Below, in pieces: positions 19,228 through 27,981 of a stretch of DNA of 64,000 nucleotides. The stretch's first letter is position 1. Every line of letters begins with the position of its first letter. The notes under the pieces were generated by a model. It made no database searches. It saw only the letters and a program-made list of their open reading frames with translations, and was not told the origin of the DNA. Origin of the DNA: Myxococcales bacterium (GTDB lineage: Bacteria > Myxococcota_A > UBA9160 > UBA4427); assembly GCA_012959805.1 (NCBI GenBank), contig DUCN01000086.1, positions 4,002 to 68,001 of the forward strand. The letters run 5' to 3'. Made by a program: the position numbers and the translations under genes.

Positions 19228-20307
19228 ATGAAACTCCCGCGCTTCCTGCCTACCTTCCTCCTCGCGCTCGTCACCGCGCTCACCCTGTTCTCAACCGTGG
19301 CCCCCGGCTTCGAAACCGAGAACAGGGCAATCGAGTCTCTGGGCCCCGCACCCCGCGACGCAGACGGCCGATTCACGAACTGGACGGGGACCTCTTCACA
19401 CGGCGGCCTTGGAGTTCGCTTCCCCTTCTTCCTTCGCCGCATTGGCGGCATATTTCGAAGCCGCCCCGGGTTCCCAACCCGCGTTGAAAACGACGGCGCC
19501 TTCCTCCGCGAGAATTCGCTGCACAGCACACCCACCGTCACCTGGGTCGGCCACGCGACACTGCTCATCCAGATGGATCATGTCACGTTCCTGACCGATC
19601 CGATCTGGTCTGATTCCCCAAGCCCGATTTCATTTGCCGGTCCCCGACGTTATGTCGAGCCGGGTATCGCCATCGAGGATCTTCCCAAAATTGACTTCGT
19701 CGTCATCTCACACAATCATTACGATCATCTGGATCTCCCGACATTGAGAACCCTGGCAGAACGCAATCCCGAGACGCGTTTCCTCGTTCCGCTTGGCAAT
19801 GCAGACTTACTCAAGAAGAACAAGATCGATCGCGTCGAGGAGTTTGACTGGGGCGAGTCGACGACATTGGGAGACATCACCATCCACTGTCTACCCAGCA
19901 GGCATTGGAGTAAGCGCAGTCTCCGAGATGACCGGAAGGCACTCTGGTCTTCATGGGCCGTCCAGAGTCCGAAGCGGAAATTCTATTTCAGCGGGGATAC
20001 CGGCTATTTCAAAGGCTTCTCTCGAATAGGAGAAGCCATGGGACCCTTCGATCTCGTCGCAGTCCCGATCGGTGCCTACGAACCCACCGAAATGATGAAG
20101 GAATCCCACATGAATCCGGAAGAGGCCGTACGAGCGGCCATCGACCTCGGCGCCAAACGCGCGATTGCGATTCATTTCGGGACTTTTGATCTATCCGATG
20201 AACCCGTCGCTGAACCGCCTGCCCGGTTTCTCGCGGCAGCAGAAGACTCCGGACTCACCCTGGACGCATCCTGGGTATTTCAGATTGGCGAGACCCGGCC
20301 CTTCTAG
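19228..20307 (+). CDS. MBL-fold metallo-hydrolase (NAPE-PLD-like), secreted or lipid-anchored
   Basis: The ORF starts at 19129. The likely start is MKLPRFLPTFLLALVTALTLF (a signal peptide) at 19228. The metal motif is VVISHNHYDHLD, followed by FSGDTGY. Confidence 0.75.
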   Translation: MKLPRFLPTFLLALVTALTLFSTVAPGFETENRAIESLGPAPRDADGRFTNWTGTSSHGGLGVRFPFFLRRIGGIFRSRPGFPTRVENDGAFLRENSLHSTPTVTWVGHATLLIQMDHVTFLTDPIWSDSPSPISFAGPRRYVEPGIAIEDLPKIDFVVISHNHYDHLDLPTLRTLAERNPETRFLVPLGNADLLKKNKIDRVEEFDWGESTTLGDITIHCLPSRHWSKRSLRDDRKALWSSWAVQSPKRKFYFSGDTGYFKGFSRIGEAMGPFDLVAVPIGAYEPTEMMKESHMNPEEAVRAAIDLGAKRAIAIHFGTFDLSDEPVAEPPARFLAAAEDSGLTLDASWVFQIGETRPF

Positions 20308-20351
20308 GTCGCGGACCCGCGACCGCATACGACTGTATTGGATGCGAAAAG

Positions 20352-21170
20352 CTATTCCAGCAGGAAGCTCACGATTTTCTTGTACGCCGACCGATCCTGC
20401 ATCAAGAAGAGATGCCCGCCGTCGAAAAATTCCAATGTCGCGTTAGGCAGAGCCGCCGCCAGGGCATGTTGATTCGAAGCGGGCGCAATTCCATCACTTC
20501 GCCCGGCACATAGATAGACGCGATTGGACACGTTCCCGAGCCTATCCGAAGTGTCGTGATGCGATCTCGCTTCGAGCTGAAGTTTTCGCCCCCGATCAGC
20601 TTCAGGGTCGTGGTCATCGTCGACCGCGCGCCCACGCATCGAGGCCACCTTGATGAACGCCTCCGCCGTATCCGGATTCGCCACGCGCCAAGCCTCGTCG
20701 CATCGAGTGTCGGAGATTTCGATCATCCGAATCGCACGATCTCGATCAGACAGGCTCGCCAACTCGTGAAGTGGGTAGGACGCCCCTGCCCTACCCCCAG
20801 CAGACGTACAAGCCATGACCACGCGATGCGCGATGTCGGAAATGTCGGGCACTCGACAGAGCAGTTCCTGCGCCACCATGCCGCCGAATGAAACACCCAT
20901 GAGTAGCCTTGGGTTGAAATCGAGCGCTCGGAGTAACGCCGCCGCGTCCTCTGCATAGTCCGCCATGCTATACGGACCCGGCGGCACGTCTGTACGACCG
21001 AGCCCTCGCTGATCGTAGGAAAGAACTTCAAAATGCTTCGTGAGCGGCCCATCAAAGATATTGGGCTTCTCGCGAAGGTCCCCTCCGCTACCCCCGATGA
21101 AAAAGAGGCGGGGTCCCGAACCGTGGATTTCATAGTAGATGTCGATGTCGCGAACGCGGCAATGGGGCAT
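20352..21170 (-). CDS. Alpha/beta hydrolase
   Basis: It has IYYEIHGSGPRLFFIGGSGG, the nucleophile elbow MGVSFGGMVAQE, and a C-terminal FFDGGHLFLMQD containing the catalytic His. Confidence 0.8.
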   Translation of the reverse strand: MPHCRVRDIDIYYEIHGSGPRLFFIGGSGGDLREKPNIFDGPLTKHFEVLSYDQRGLGRTDVPPGPYSMADYAEDAAALLRALDFNPRLLMGVSFGGMVAQELLCRVPDISDIAHRVVMACTSAGGRAGASYPLHELASLSDRDRAIRMIEISDTRCDEAWRVANPDTAEAFIKVASMRGRAVDDDHDPEADRGRKLQLEARSHHDTSDRLGNVSNRVYLCAGRSDGIAPASNQHALAAALPNATLEFFDGGHLFLMQDRSAYKKIVSFLLE

Positions 21171-21258
21171 GGCGGATAACTCCCGAGGTAGATGGGAAGA
21201 GACTGTTCAACCGTATCACTGCAACGATGCGCTCGCCTTCCGCTCTCGGTCTAGCGCC

Positions 21259-21856
21259 TCAATCCGATTGGACGATACGACGGAGGGGCGCGACGGAGGG
21301 GCGTAAAGCCAATACCCTCGGCAGGCTCTCATCGGCGGGTCGAACGGCGATCGAAGGAGCGACTCGATGGAAGCCAAAAAATGACTTGGATGCGATTCGC
21401 ATTGAATCCCGATGGTTGATGACTTTGTCCGTCTTGAACTGCCCCAGAAAGTCATAGGGAAAGCCAAGTTCGATGGGGCTGGCCTCATCCAGCGCTGTTT
21501 TGTCGGCTGGGTCGAGTTCGAATTCGAGGCAGCCCAGATTGTCTTCAAGCTGTTCTCGAGTCATCGCTCCGACAAACGGAATCACGACAGCCTGTCCTTG
21601 ACGAACCCAGGCCAGTGCAACCTGCGCCGGTGTTCGGCCAATCTTGTCAGCGACCTTGATCACTTCCGCCGCAACCGCCAGCTCACGCTCACCCACCCGA
21701 CCGCGCAATGCCGCTCTCTCCTTGGTCGAAGCTTCCCGGTTGTATTTCCCCGTCAGGATTCCCGAGCCAAGCGTTTGAGACTCGCATGAAGGACATCGCG
21801 CCCAGCGCGAGTTCTGAAACGCGCAATCCACTATTTGCCAAAAGTCGGTACTTCAA
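21259..21856 (-). pseudogene. Aldo/keto reductase with a large internal deletion and frame change
   Basis: A TTG start at 21856, preceded by a GGAGA RBS, gives the AKR N-terminus MKYRLLANSGLRVSELALGAMSF. After about 23 codons it joins, in another frame, directly onto the AKR C-terminal third (ORF 21259..21831: ...GSGILTGKYNRE...IGRTPAQVALAWVRQGQAVVIPFVGAMTREQLEDNLG...). About 150 central residues are missing. Confidence 0.6.
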
Positions 21857-22061
21857 AACATTTCTCCTCGATTCCCCGCAGATGAGTCTCGACGGCTCTT
21901 ACGCGCAAAATCTCCCGCGTTCGCGAAGCTCCGCCCGTCTGTCGAGCATCCCCTGCCCACTCGGGGCGTCCCAGACGTCATGATTTTCCACCTGCCCTGC
22001 GATGACCAAACAGTGAAGCCTATCGATCGGCCAATTTACCTTCCGTCCAGGACCTGCGAAG

Positions 22062-24281
22062 ATGACGTTCATGCCGAACTCGAGAATCCTCGCCCTAATC
22101 GCCGTTCTTGGAGCCCTCTTTCTCTCCGGTACCGCGAGCATCGTCAACCAAGTGGTCTGGCAGCGAGGCTTGAAAATTCAGCTCGGGGGCAGCGAAAGCA
22201 TCAGCTCCATGATCGTCGTCCTCGTCTTCATGCTAGGCCTCGGCCTCGGAGCCGCGCTCATGGGCAGCTGGGCACGACGAGTCGATCGCCCACTCCGCAT
22301 CTTTGCATCCATCGAGCTCGCGCTGTGCCTCGTAAATCTCTTGATCGCCGGGCTCTTCGCACTCGACCTCAGTGAATCGATTTACGCAGTGCAGAGGCTC
22401 GCCCTTTCAACCGGACTGCCACTGCGGCTGATCTATGCCCTCGCCGCACTCCTGGTCTTGCTGGTACCCACGGTCCTCATGGGGGCGACGCTCCCCATCG
22501 CATCCGAAACCTGCCAGCGCCAGCTCGGAGCCAGGGAATCGAGCTTGATCACGATCCTCTTCTTTCTCAATACGCTCGGTGCCGTTCTCGGCGCGTTCGG
22601 AAGCAGCTTCGTGCTGCTTCCACTTTTCGGACAGCGTTTCTCTCTCATCATGGCCGCCGCGCTCAATCTCGTGGCAGCAGCGATTCTATTCGGGCTCCAT
22701 CTCTCTTTTCAAAGCCCGAAACCGAACGAATCGACGCCAAGAGCGGCCGCGGCCCAGCGCGGCTGGAGACCAAACCGGGAAGAAATGCTTGGCTTCGGGC
22801 TCGGCTGCGTTTCGCTTGCCTACGAGATGTACCTCTTTCGGCTGATGGCGCTGGCTCATGAACCGCTTCCCGTTACCTTCGCCATCACGCTCTGCTTCTA
22901 CCTTCTATTCTGGTCTGTGGGTGTCTTTTTCTCGTCGAGATTTCCGAAACGCCTAACAGTAATATTTTCACTGACTGCCCTGATGGTGGCGACAACGCCC
23001 TACGTCTACGAGTTGGATCGGTTCTCCGCCCACTTCTCAATGGCCTTTGGCGGGCTGCTCTATTTCATTCCCTGCATCGGCTTCGGCCTGCTCTATGGCG
23101 TGCTCGTTTCTCGATCGAATCGCGACTGGGGAAGCGATGTGGGTCGGTACTATGCCTACAACACCCTCGGTTCCTGCCTCGGCATCCTCGCGATGACGCT
23201 GGTCGGATACGAATTGCCACTGCATTACGGCGCGTTCGTTATCACGGTTGGGATTCTCGTTTCGCTCTTCTATTGGCTCGCCTCATCGCAAGTGCGAGAA
23301 CCGGCTTCCCGCATCCGATGGCGAGTCGCCATGCTCACATCCTGCGTCGCCCTCGTTGGCCTCATCATGTCCGGGATGTCCATTCCCTATTCGCTTTCTT
23401 CAACCCACGGAATCCGAACCTATTGGGGTCGTGATGGAGTCGTCGAGGTCTTCGAGGACGGCGACGTCTATATTGATGGGCTCTGGCATACCCACCTCTC
23501 GCCCGGCGGCCAACACATCGGCAAGTCCTATACATGGATGATGGCGGTTTCCGCCCTGCTGGCTCGAGACGACGAACCGGCCCAGGATATTCTTGTGATC
23601 GGGAATGGCGTCGGCCTCACCGCTTCAACCTTTGCGGGGCAACCAGAGGCTCGGATCGATGCCTATGAAATCAATCGCACTCTCGAAGAAGTGCTTCGCG
23701 ACTACGAGGCTGAAACTCTCGGTGCCGGGCGAAATCCGCAGATCAAGATTGCTTGGATGGATGCCCGCAGCGGCCTCGCCCTCAACACGAAGCAATACGA
23801 CATCATCGTCTCGGCCCCGCTCTACTTACGCCAAGCCGGCAGTAGCACGCTTCTCTCGAAAGAATATTTCGAGCTTCTCGGACGGCGGCTGAAGCCAAAG
23901 GGCGTCGTCGCCGTGTATGCACACGAGGGCACACCCGCCCAGTCTACGCTTGTCCGACGCACGATCGCATCGGTCTTCGACTATCAACAGACTTTCGACA
24001 AACATGTCGTCCTGATCGCCTCGAATGATCCAATTCGAATCGACCGCGAGGCCCTGGCGAAGCTTGAGAATCGACCTGGCGTACTCGCAGCCCAACTCCG
24101 AAACTACGGTGCTACACGGGCGGGTGGCCGGCGTGCTGATCTGTTGGCCCGACTCGACCGACCCAGCGCTCCCGTCCGCTTGGGGAAATTCCTGATCACG
24201 GACGATCATCCATTAGTTGAGTACATATGGGCGGCGCGCCGATTGGTGGACATCGAGTCTGAGAACGAGCCGAGCGACTAA
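22062..24281 (+). CDS. Fused MFS-like membrane domain / spermidine synthase-like protein
   Basis: The product is 739 aa. The N-terminal ~450 aa are polytopic (about 12 TM helices, beginning ILALIAVLGALFLSGTASIVNQVVWQR). The C-terminal part resembles an aminopropyltransferase (DILVIGNGVGLTAS, YDIIVSAPLY, LKPKGVVAVYA). Confidence 0.75.
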   Translation: MTFMPNSRILALIAVLGALFLSGTASIVNQVVWQRGLKIQLGGSESISSMIVVLVFMLGLGLGAALMGSWARRVDRPLRIFASIELALCLVNLLIAGLFALDLSESIYAVQRLALSTGLPLRLIYALAALLVLLVPTVLMGATLPIASETCQRQLGARESSLITILFFLNTLGAVLGAFGSSFVLLPLFGQRFSLIMAAALNLVAAAILFGLHLSFQSPKPNESTPRAAAAQRGWRPNREEMLGFGLGCVSLAYEMYLFRLMALAHEPLPVTFAITLCFYLLFWSVGVFFSSRFPKRLTVIFSLTALMVATTPYVYELDRFSAHFSMAFGGLLYFIPCIGFGLLYGVLVSRSNRDWGSDVGRYYAYNTLGSCLGILAMTLVGYELPLHYGAFVITVGILVSLFYWLASSQVREPASRIRWRVAMLTSCVALVGLIMSGMSIPYSLSSTHGIRTYWGRDGVVEVFEDGDVYIDGLWHTHLSPGGQHIGKSYTWMMAVSALLARDDEPAQDILVIGNGVGLTASTFAGQPEARIDAYEINRTLEEVLRDYEAETLGAGRNPQIKIAWMDARSGLALNTKQYDIIVSAPLYLRQAGSSTLLSKEYFELLGRRLKPKGVVAVYAHEGTPAQSTLVRRTIASVFDYQQTFDKHVVLIASNDPIRIDREALAKLENRPGVLAAQLRNYGATRAGGRRADLLARLDRPSAPVRLGKFLITDDHPLVEYIWAARRLVDIESENEPSD

Positions 24282-25114
24282 CGGTACAAGCGCCAATCAA
24301 TTCGAAACTCTCCGATCAGAGGCTGCCCGGGTGCGACGAGACGCGGCGCGATATTCAAGGCATCCGGAGGGCCGCTGAGCGGCTCAACACAGATCGCGTG
24401 ATCGGGCTCATCGAAGATCACCCAATGATCGAAGCTCGACGAGAGCGTCAACTCGATCGCCCCCACCCAGCGCAAGATCGGATCGCCACGAAGATCTGTA
24501 AAGCAGTCATCGAAGGGTCCGGACCCGGGCGAATGCTTCTCACCGGTTGGAATTCCAGCGCCGTCCGTCACGTAGATCGAATCGGCCTGCCATGCGACAG
24601 CCAGTTCATCGCCGAGCCCGAGCCGTCTTCGAAACCACGGATGCCAACCCACCGATGCCGGAAACGCCACATCCTCGGAGTGCACTTCGAGTCGCATTCT
24701 CAAGCTGGTCTCGGCGAGTTCGAAGCTTTGTCTTGCGAATCCGCGCCAGGGCCAGTCCGCGCCGAGATCGATCTGCAGAGAATCATCCGAGCGACGATTC
24801 CAGGCCCGATCGAGGACGGTTCCATGAATCGCATGAGGCGGCATCCTAAGTGGCAGAACGTAGTCTGTCTCGACAAATCGGAAGCGCCCGTTCCGGACGC
24901 GCCCCGCCCAGGGCGCCATCGGATAGCACCCCCACGCCAGGGGATTGCGCTCTCGCGCGACGAGTATTTCGAGGCCATCGATGCGTAAAGAACTCAGCCG
25001 ACCACCCAGCTTTTCGTCGACCTCGACGCGGGCAGTTTCGGATTGCAGAATCACTCGATGGGTCTCTTTCGGTTTAATCAAGGAAGTGGCATGCACAATA
25101 GCGTCCAGCGTCAT
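24278..25114 (-). CDS. Aldose 1-epimerase (galactose mutarotase-like) family protein
   Basis: The product is 278 aa and rich in beta-sandwich-type sequence. It contains GGRLSSLRIDGLEILV...HGTVLDRAWN...VGWHPWF, as in aldose epimerase family proteins. Confidence 0.6.
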   Translation of the reverse strand: MTLDAIVHATSLIKPKETHRVILQSETARVEVDEKLGGRLSSLRIDGLEILVARERNPLAWGCYPMAPWAGRVRNGRFRFVETDYVLPLRMPPHAIHGTVLDRAWNRRSDDSLQIDLGADWPWRGFARQSFELAETSLRMRLEVHSEDVAFPASVGWHPWFRRRLGLGDELAVAWQADSIYVTDGAGIPTGEKHSPGSGPFDDCFTDLRGDPILRWVGAIELTLSSSFDHWVIFDEPDHAICVEPLSGPPDALNIAPRLVAPGQPLIGEFRIDWRLYR

Positions 25115-25180
25115 GCCCGACCGGGTTCTCGGCTAGTCGCGCTGGTACCCGGGCCCCCTCGGATCCTCTAATATTGCCTC

Positions 25181-26128
25181 ATGCGTGCCGTTCGCTGCCA
25201 TCATGGATCCGTTGTCGTACTCGATGTTCCGACACCAGAGGGTGAGGGCATCCTTGTCAAGGTTGCTTCGGCTGGAATCTGCGGCTCTGACCTCCATCTG
25301 ATCGGAAGTAATCTACTCGGCGACGTCACGCTTGGCCATGAAATCGCCGGACTAACGTCAGACGGAACGCCGGTTGCCATTGAGCCCGTCACGGTATGCG
25401 GAGTCTGTCCGGCCTGCATCGTCGGCGACACCAACCTATGCGTTCGTGGCGCTACAATCCTACATGGCACAGCGCGCGACGGTGGCATGGCCGACGAGAT
25501 CCTGATTCCGGAAGCCGGGCTCGTGCGACTTCCCGCTGGCCTCGAACCGCGAAACGCCTGCCTCACTGAACCCATCGGCGTGGTCGTACACGGGCTCCGA
25601 ATCGTTCGTTTTCCACGCGAGACGGGAAGACGGGTCGCCATCATTGGAGCCGGACCGATTGGTCTCTGCGCCGTCCCGGCGATCATGGCCGCCGGAATCC
25701 AACCCATCCTTTTTGCTCGCCACGAGGCCCAGAAAGCGGCCGGGGCAGAACTCGGCGCTAAAATCGGAGAGAACGAAGACGGTTTCGACCTCGTCGTTGA
25801 ATGCGCGGGAACGGAGAGTGCTCTCGAGGAAGCCATTACACGCTGTCGACCGGGCGGAACCGTGTTGATGCTAGGCATCTATTGGGACGGCATGGCGGTC
25901 CCCGGAATGTTGTTGGGCCTGAAAGAGGTACGCCTCGTCCCCTCCTATCTATATGGCCGTGAGGGCACAGTTCGCGACATGGACACGGCCGCTGCTCTGC
26001 TCGCTTCGCGACCCGATCTACCCGACATATTGATCACCCACCGCTTTCCGCTCGATGCGGCCCGGGAAGCCTTCGAGGTCGCCTCTGATCGCAAATCCGG
26101 AGCGATCAAGGTCGTTCTCGAGCCCTAG
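25181..26128 (+). CDS. Zinc-binding medium-chain alcohol dehydrogenase family oxidoreductase
   Basis: It has GICGSDLH, the GHE motif and a structural-Zn Cys cluster (CGVCPACIVGDTNLC). The Rossmann motif is VAIIGAGPIGL. Confidence 0.85.
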   Translation: MRAVRCHHGSVVVLDVPTPEGEGILVKVASAGICGSDLHLIGSNLLGDVTLGHEIAGLTSDGTPVAIEPVTVCGVCPACIVGDTNLCVRGATILHGTARDGGMADEILIPEAGLVRLPAGLEPRNACLTEPIGVVVHGLRIVRFPRETGRRVAIIGAGPIGLCAVPAIMAAGIQPILFARHEAQKAAGAELGAKIGENEDGFDLVVECAGTESALEEAITRCRPGGTVLMLGIYWDGMAVPGMLLGLKEVRLVPSYLYGREGTVRDMDTAAALLASRPDLPDILITHRFPLDAAREAFEVASDRKSGAIKVVLEP

Positions 26129-26582
26129 GGACCGACCTGGTCCTTCGATTAATCCTCCAATCAACTTTTGAGTGTCTTGTTCGGCTCACATTCAAGACCG
26201 ATTGCGAAGTATGACGCGATCGATAATCGACGCCGCCGCGAAAAGACGAAGCCCGAGCGAGAGCCGAGGATCGCTGAGATTGAATTGACTCTCGATCGGA
26301 AACGCGATCGTCTCGTCGATGATGTTGAGCATCAAGAACTGCCGGCCAATGTCGCTCTTCATGAATCCGCGGAATCAATCACGGGCTTCCGCCGGCACGC
26401 CCCGCTCCTCGAACATTTCGAGATAGTTCGTGATTTTAACCGGACTGAGTGGGCCGCCAAAATCAGTGCACCAGAAGACAAAGACCGCGCAGAAAGGCGC
26501 CGGCATCCTCGGACAAGAATTGACATACGACTCATGTCGTTATTCCATCCCTATCCGGTCTTGAAAGCCGCTGATCTTTGTA

Positions 26583-26612
26583 TTGACATCGGTAGTGCCA
26601 AAACACTAACAT
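26583..26612 (+). promoter_or_regulatory. Putative sigma70-type promoter for the selenoprotein gene
   Basis: TTGACA (26583-26588), an 18-nt spacer, then TAACAT (26607-26612). This lies about 50 nt upstream of ATG 26662, which has a GGGAG RBS. A second ATTGACAT box sits at 26519-26526. The call rests on the sequence pattern only. Confidence 0.3.
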
Positions 26613-26661
26613 CCTTTGCACAAGTCCAACAAGATGAACGCTCGAAGGTTGGGAGTCGCGC

Positions 26662-27888
26662 ATGACGATTGAACGGGATCACCACGGATTCGACGCACCC
26701 GCGCCGCTAGGCCATCCGGGACGAGCGGGCCTTCCGCCAGGCCATTCGACTGGCCCCGAAATTGGAGAGCGACTCCCGGATTTCCGACTTCCGGATACGC
26801 ATGGCGAGCTTGTCGACTTCCATGAGAGTCGCGGCCGAGCGAAAGCCGTCGTGGTCTTCTATCGATCGGCGGTCTGGTGACCCCCTTGCTGGACGCAGCT
26901 CGGTGAGCTGCGCGACGCCTTTGATAAGTTTCAAGCTGCGGGAATCGAACTTTACGCGATCTCATATGATGATCAGCACGTCCTCTCGGAGTTCAGCAAG
27001 AAGCAGAACATTCCCTACCGACTGCTCTCCGACATCGATTCCGAGGTCATCCGCAATTACGGAATCTTGAATGATCAGGTCGGAGCCGGTGACGCCTTTC
27101 TCGAAGGCATCCCCTACCCAGGCGTGTATGTGACGGACGAAGAGGGAATCGTCGTCGCCAAGTTCTTTCATGACACCTATAAGGTTCGCGACAGTCCTGA
27201 AATGTTGATCGATGCAGCGCTCGGGCGACTCGAAATCTCAGACCAGGAGCCGAGCTTTCGGGGCGGCGATGAAGAAGTTCGGATTTCTGTCTTCGTACAC
27301 GGCGGCCGAGGCAGCATTCGTCAGGGAATTCGTCGACAACTCATCGTTCGCTTCGATCTTGGCCCGGGAATGCATCTCTATGGAGAGCCAGTTCCGGACG
27401 GAATGGTTCCGACGAAGATCGAGATCGAGGCCCCGCCTGGTCTCGTCCTCGAAGCTCCGATCTATCCGCCGACAGAAACGCTTCGACTCACGAACATGGA
27501 TGTCGACCTCCACGTCTGGACGGGGGCCGTCGATATTGTCGTGCCCTTCTATGCGACAGGTATTCTTGTCAGCGAAACACGTCCTCTGGACGAGACCACA
27601 ATCGAACTCGAGGTCAACATTCGGTATCAAGCCTGTGACGACGATACGTGTCTATTGCCCAAAACCGAGAAAGTCGTCCTGAGCATCGATCTCGATGTCA
27701 TTGATGTACCCGCGCTCGGGCCGCATCTAGGACACGGTCAGCGAGAAGCGAACTTCCGTGGCGCCCCTCATATGACGCGCTTGATTCAGCGGAAACTCCG
27801 CAAACATCCGCTTGGCCTCGCACGTTATCTCTTGAAGTCCATCAGACTTGAACTGGCGGCCAAGTGGCGAAGCGTAACGGGGAAATAG
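26662..27888 (+). CDS. Candidate selenoprotein: peroxiredoxin-like (AhpC/TSA-redoxin, UxxC) domain fused to a DsbD N-terminal-like domain, with in-frame TGA (Sec) at 26878-26880
   Basis: Tracked ORFs 26662..26880 and 27067..27888 share one frame. The 186 nt between them hold no stop and simply no start codon. Read-through gives ...LPDFRLPDTHGELVDFHESRGRAKAVVVFYRSAVW[U]PPCWTQLGELRDAFDKFQAAGIELYAISYDD..., in which the TGA sits at the first Cys of the WCPxC motif. The C-terminal half carries the DsbD-N motif IRYQACDDDTCLLP. Confidence 0.7.
26894..26912 (+). promoter_or_regulatory. Putative bacterial SECIS-like hairpin
   Basis: A perfect 8-bp stem, CGCAGCTC-GGT-GAGCTGCG, starts 13 nt after the TGA. 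The G/U-containing apical loop lies about 22-24 nt downstream of the UGA. Confidence 0.5.
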
Positions 27889-27920
27889 GGCCATCCTCGG
27901 ACCACGCCTACTTTTCGCCC

Positions 27921-27951
27921 TTGACTTGAAGTTTACTTGAACCTGTATGTT
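27921..27951 (+). promoter_or_regulatory. Putative promoter with a long (19-nt) spacer upstream of ORF 27982
   Basis: TTGACT (27921-27926), a 19-nt spacer, then TATGTT (27946-27951). The direct repeat ACTTGAAG/ACTTGAAC lies inside the spacer. A strong RBS (AGGAGGA) sits 7 nt before ATG 27982. The call rests on the sequence pattern only. Confidence 0.25.
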
Positions 27952-27981
27952 GTCCTTCATCTGAAATAGGAGGACACCCCG

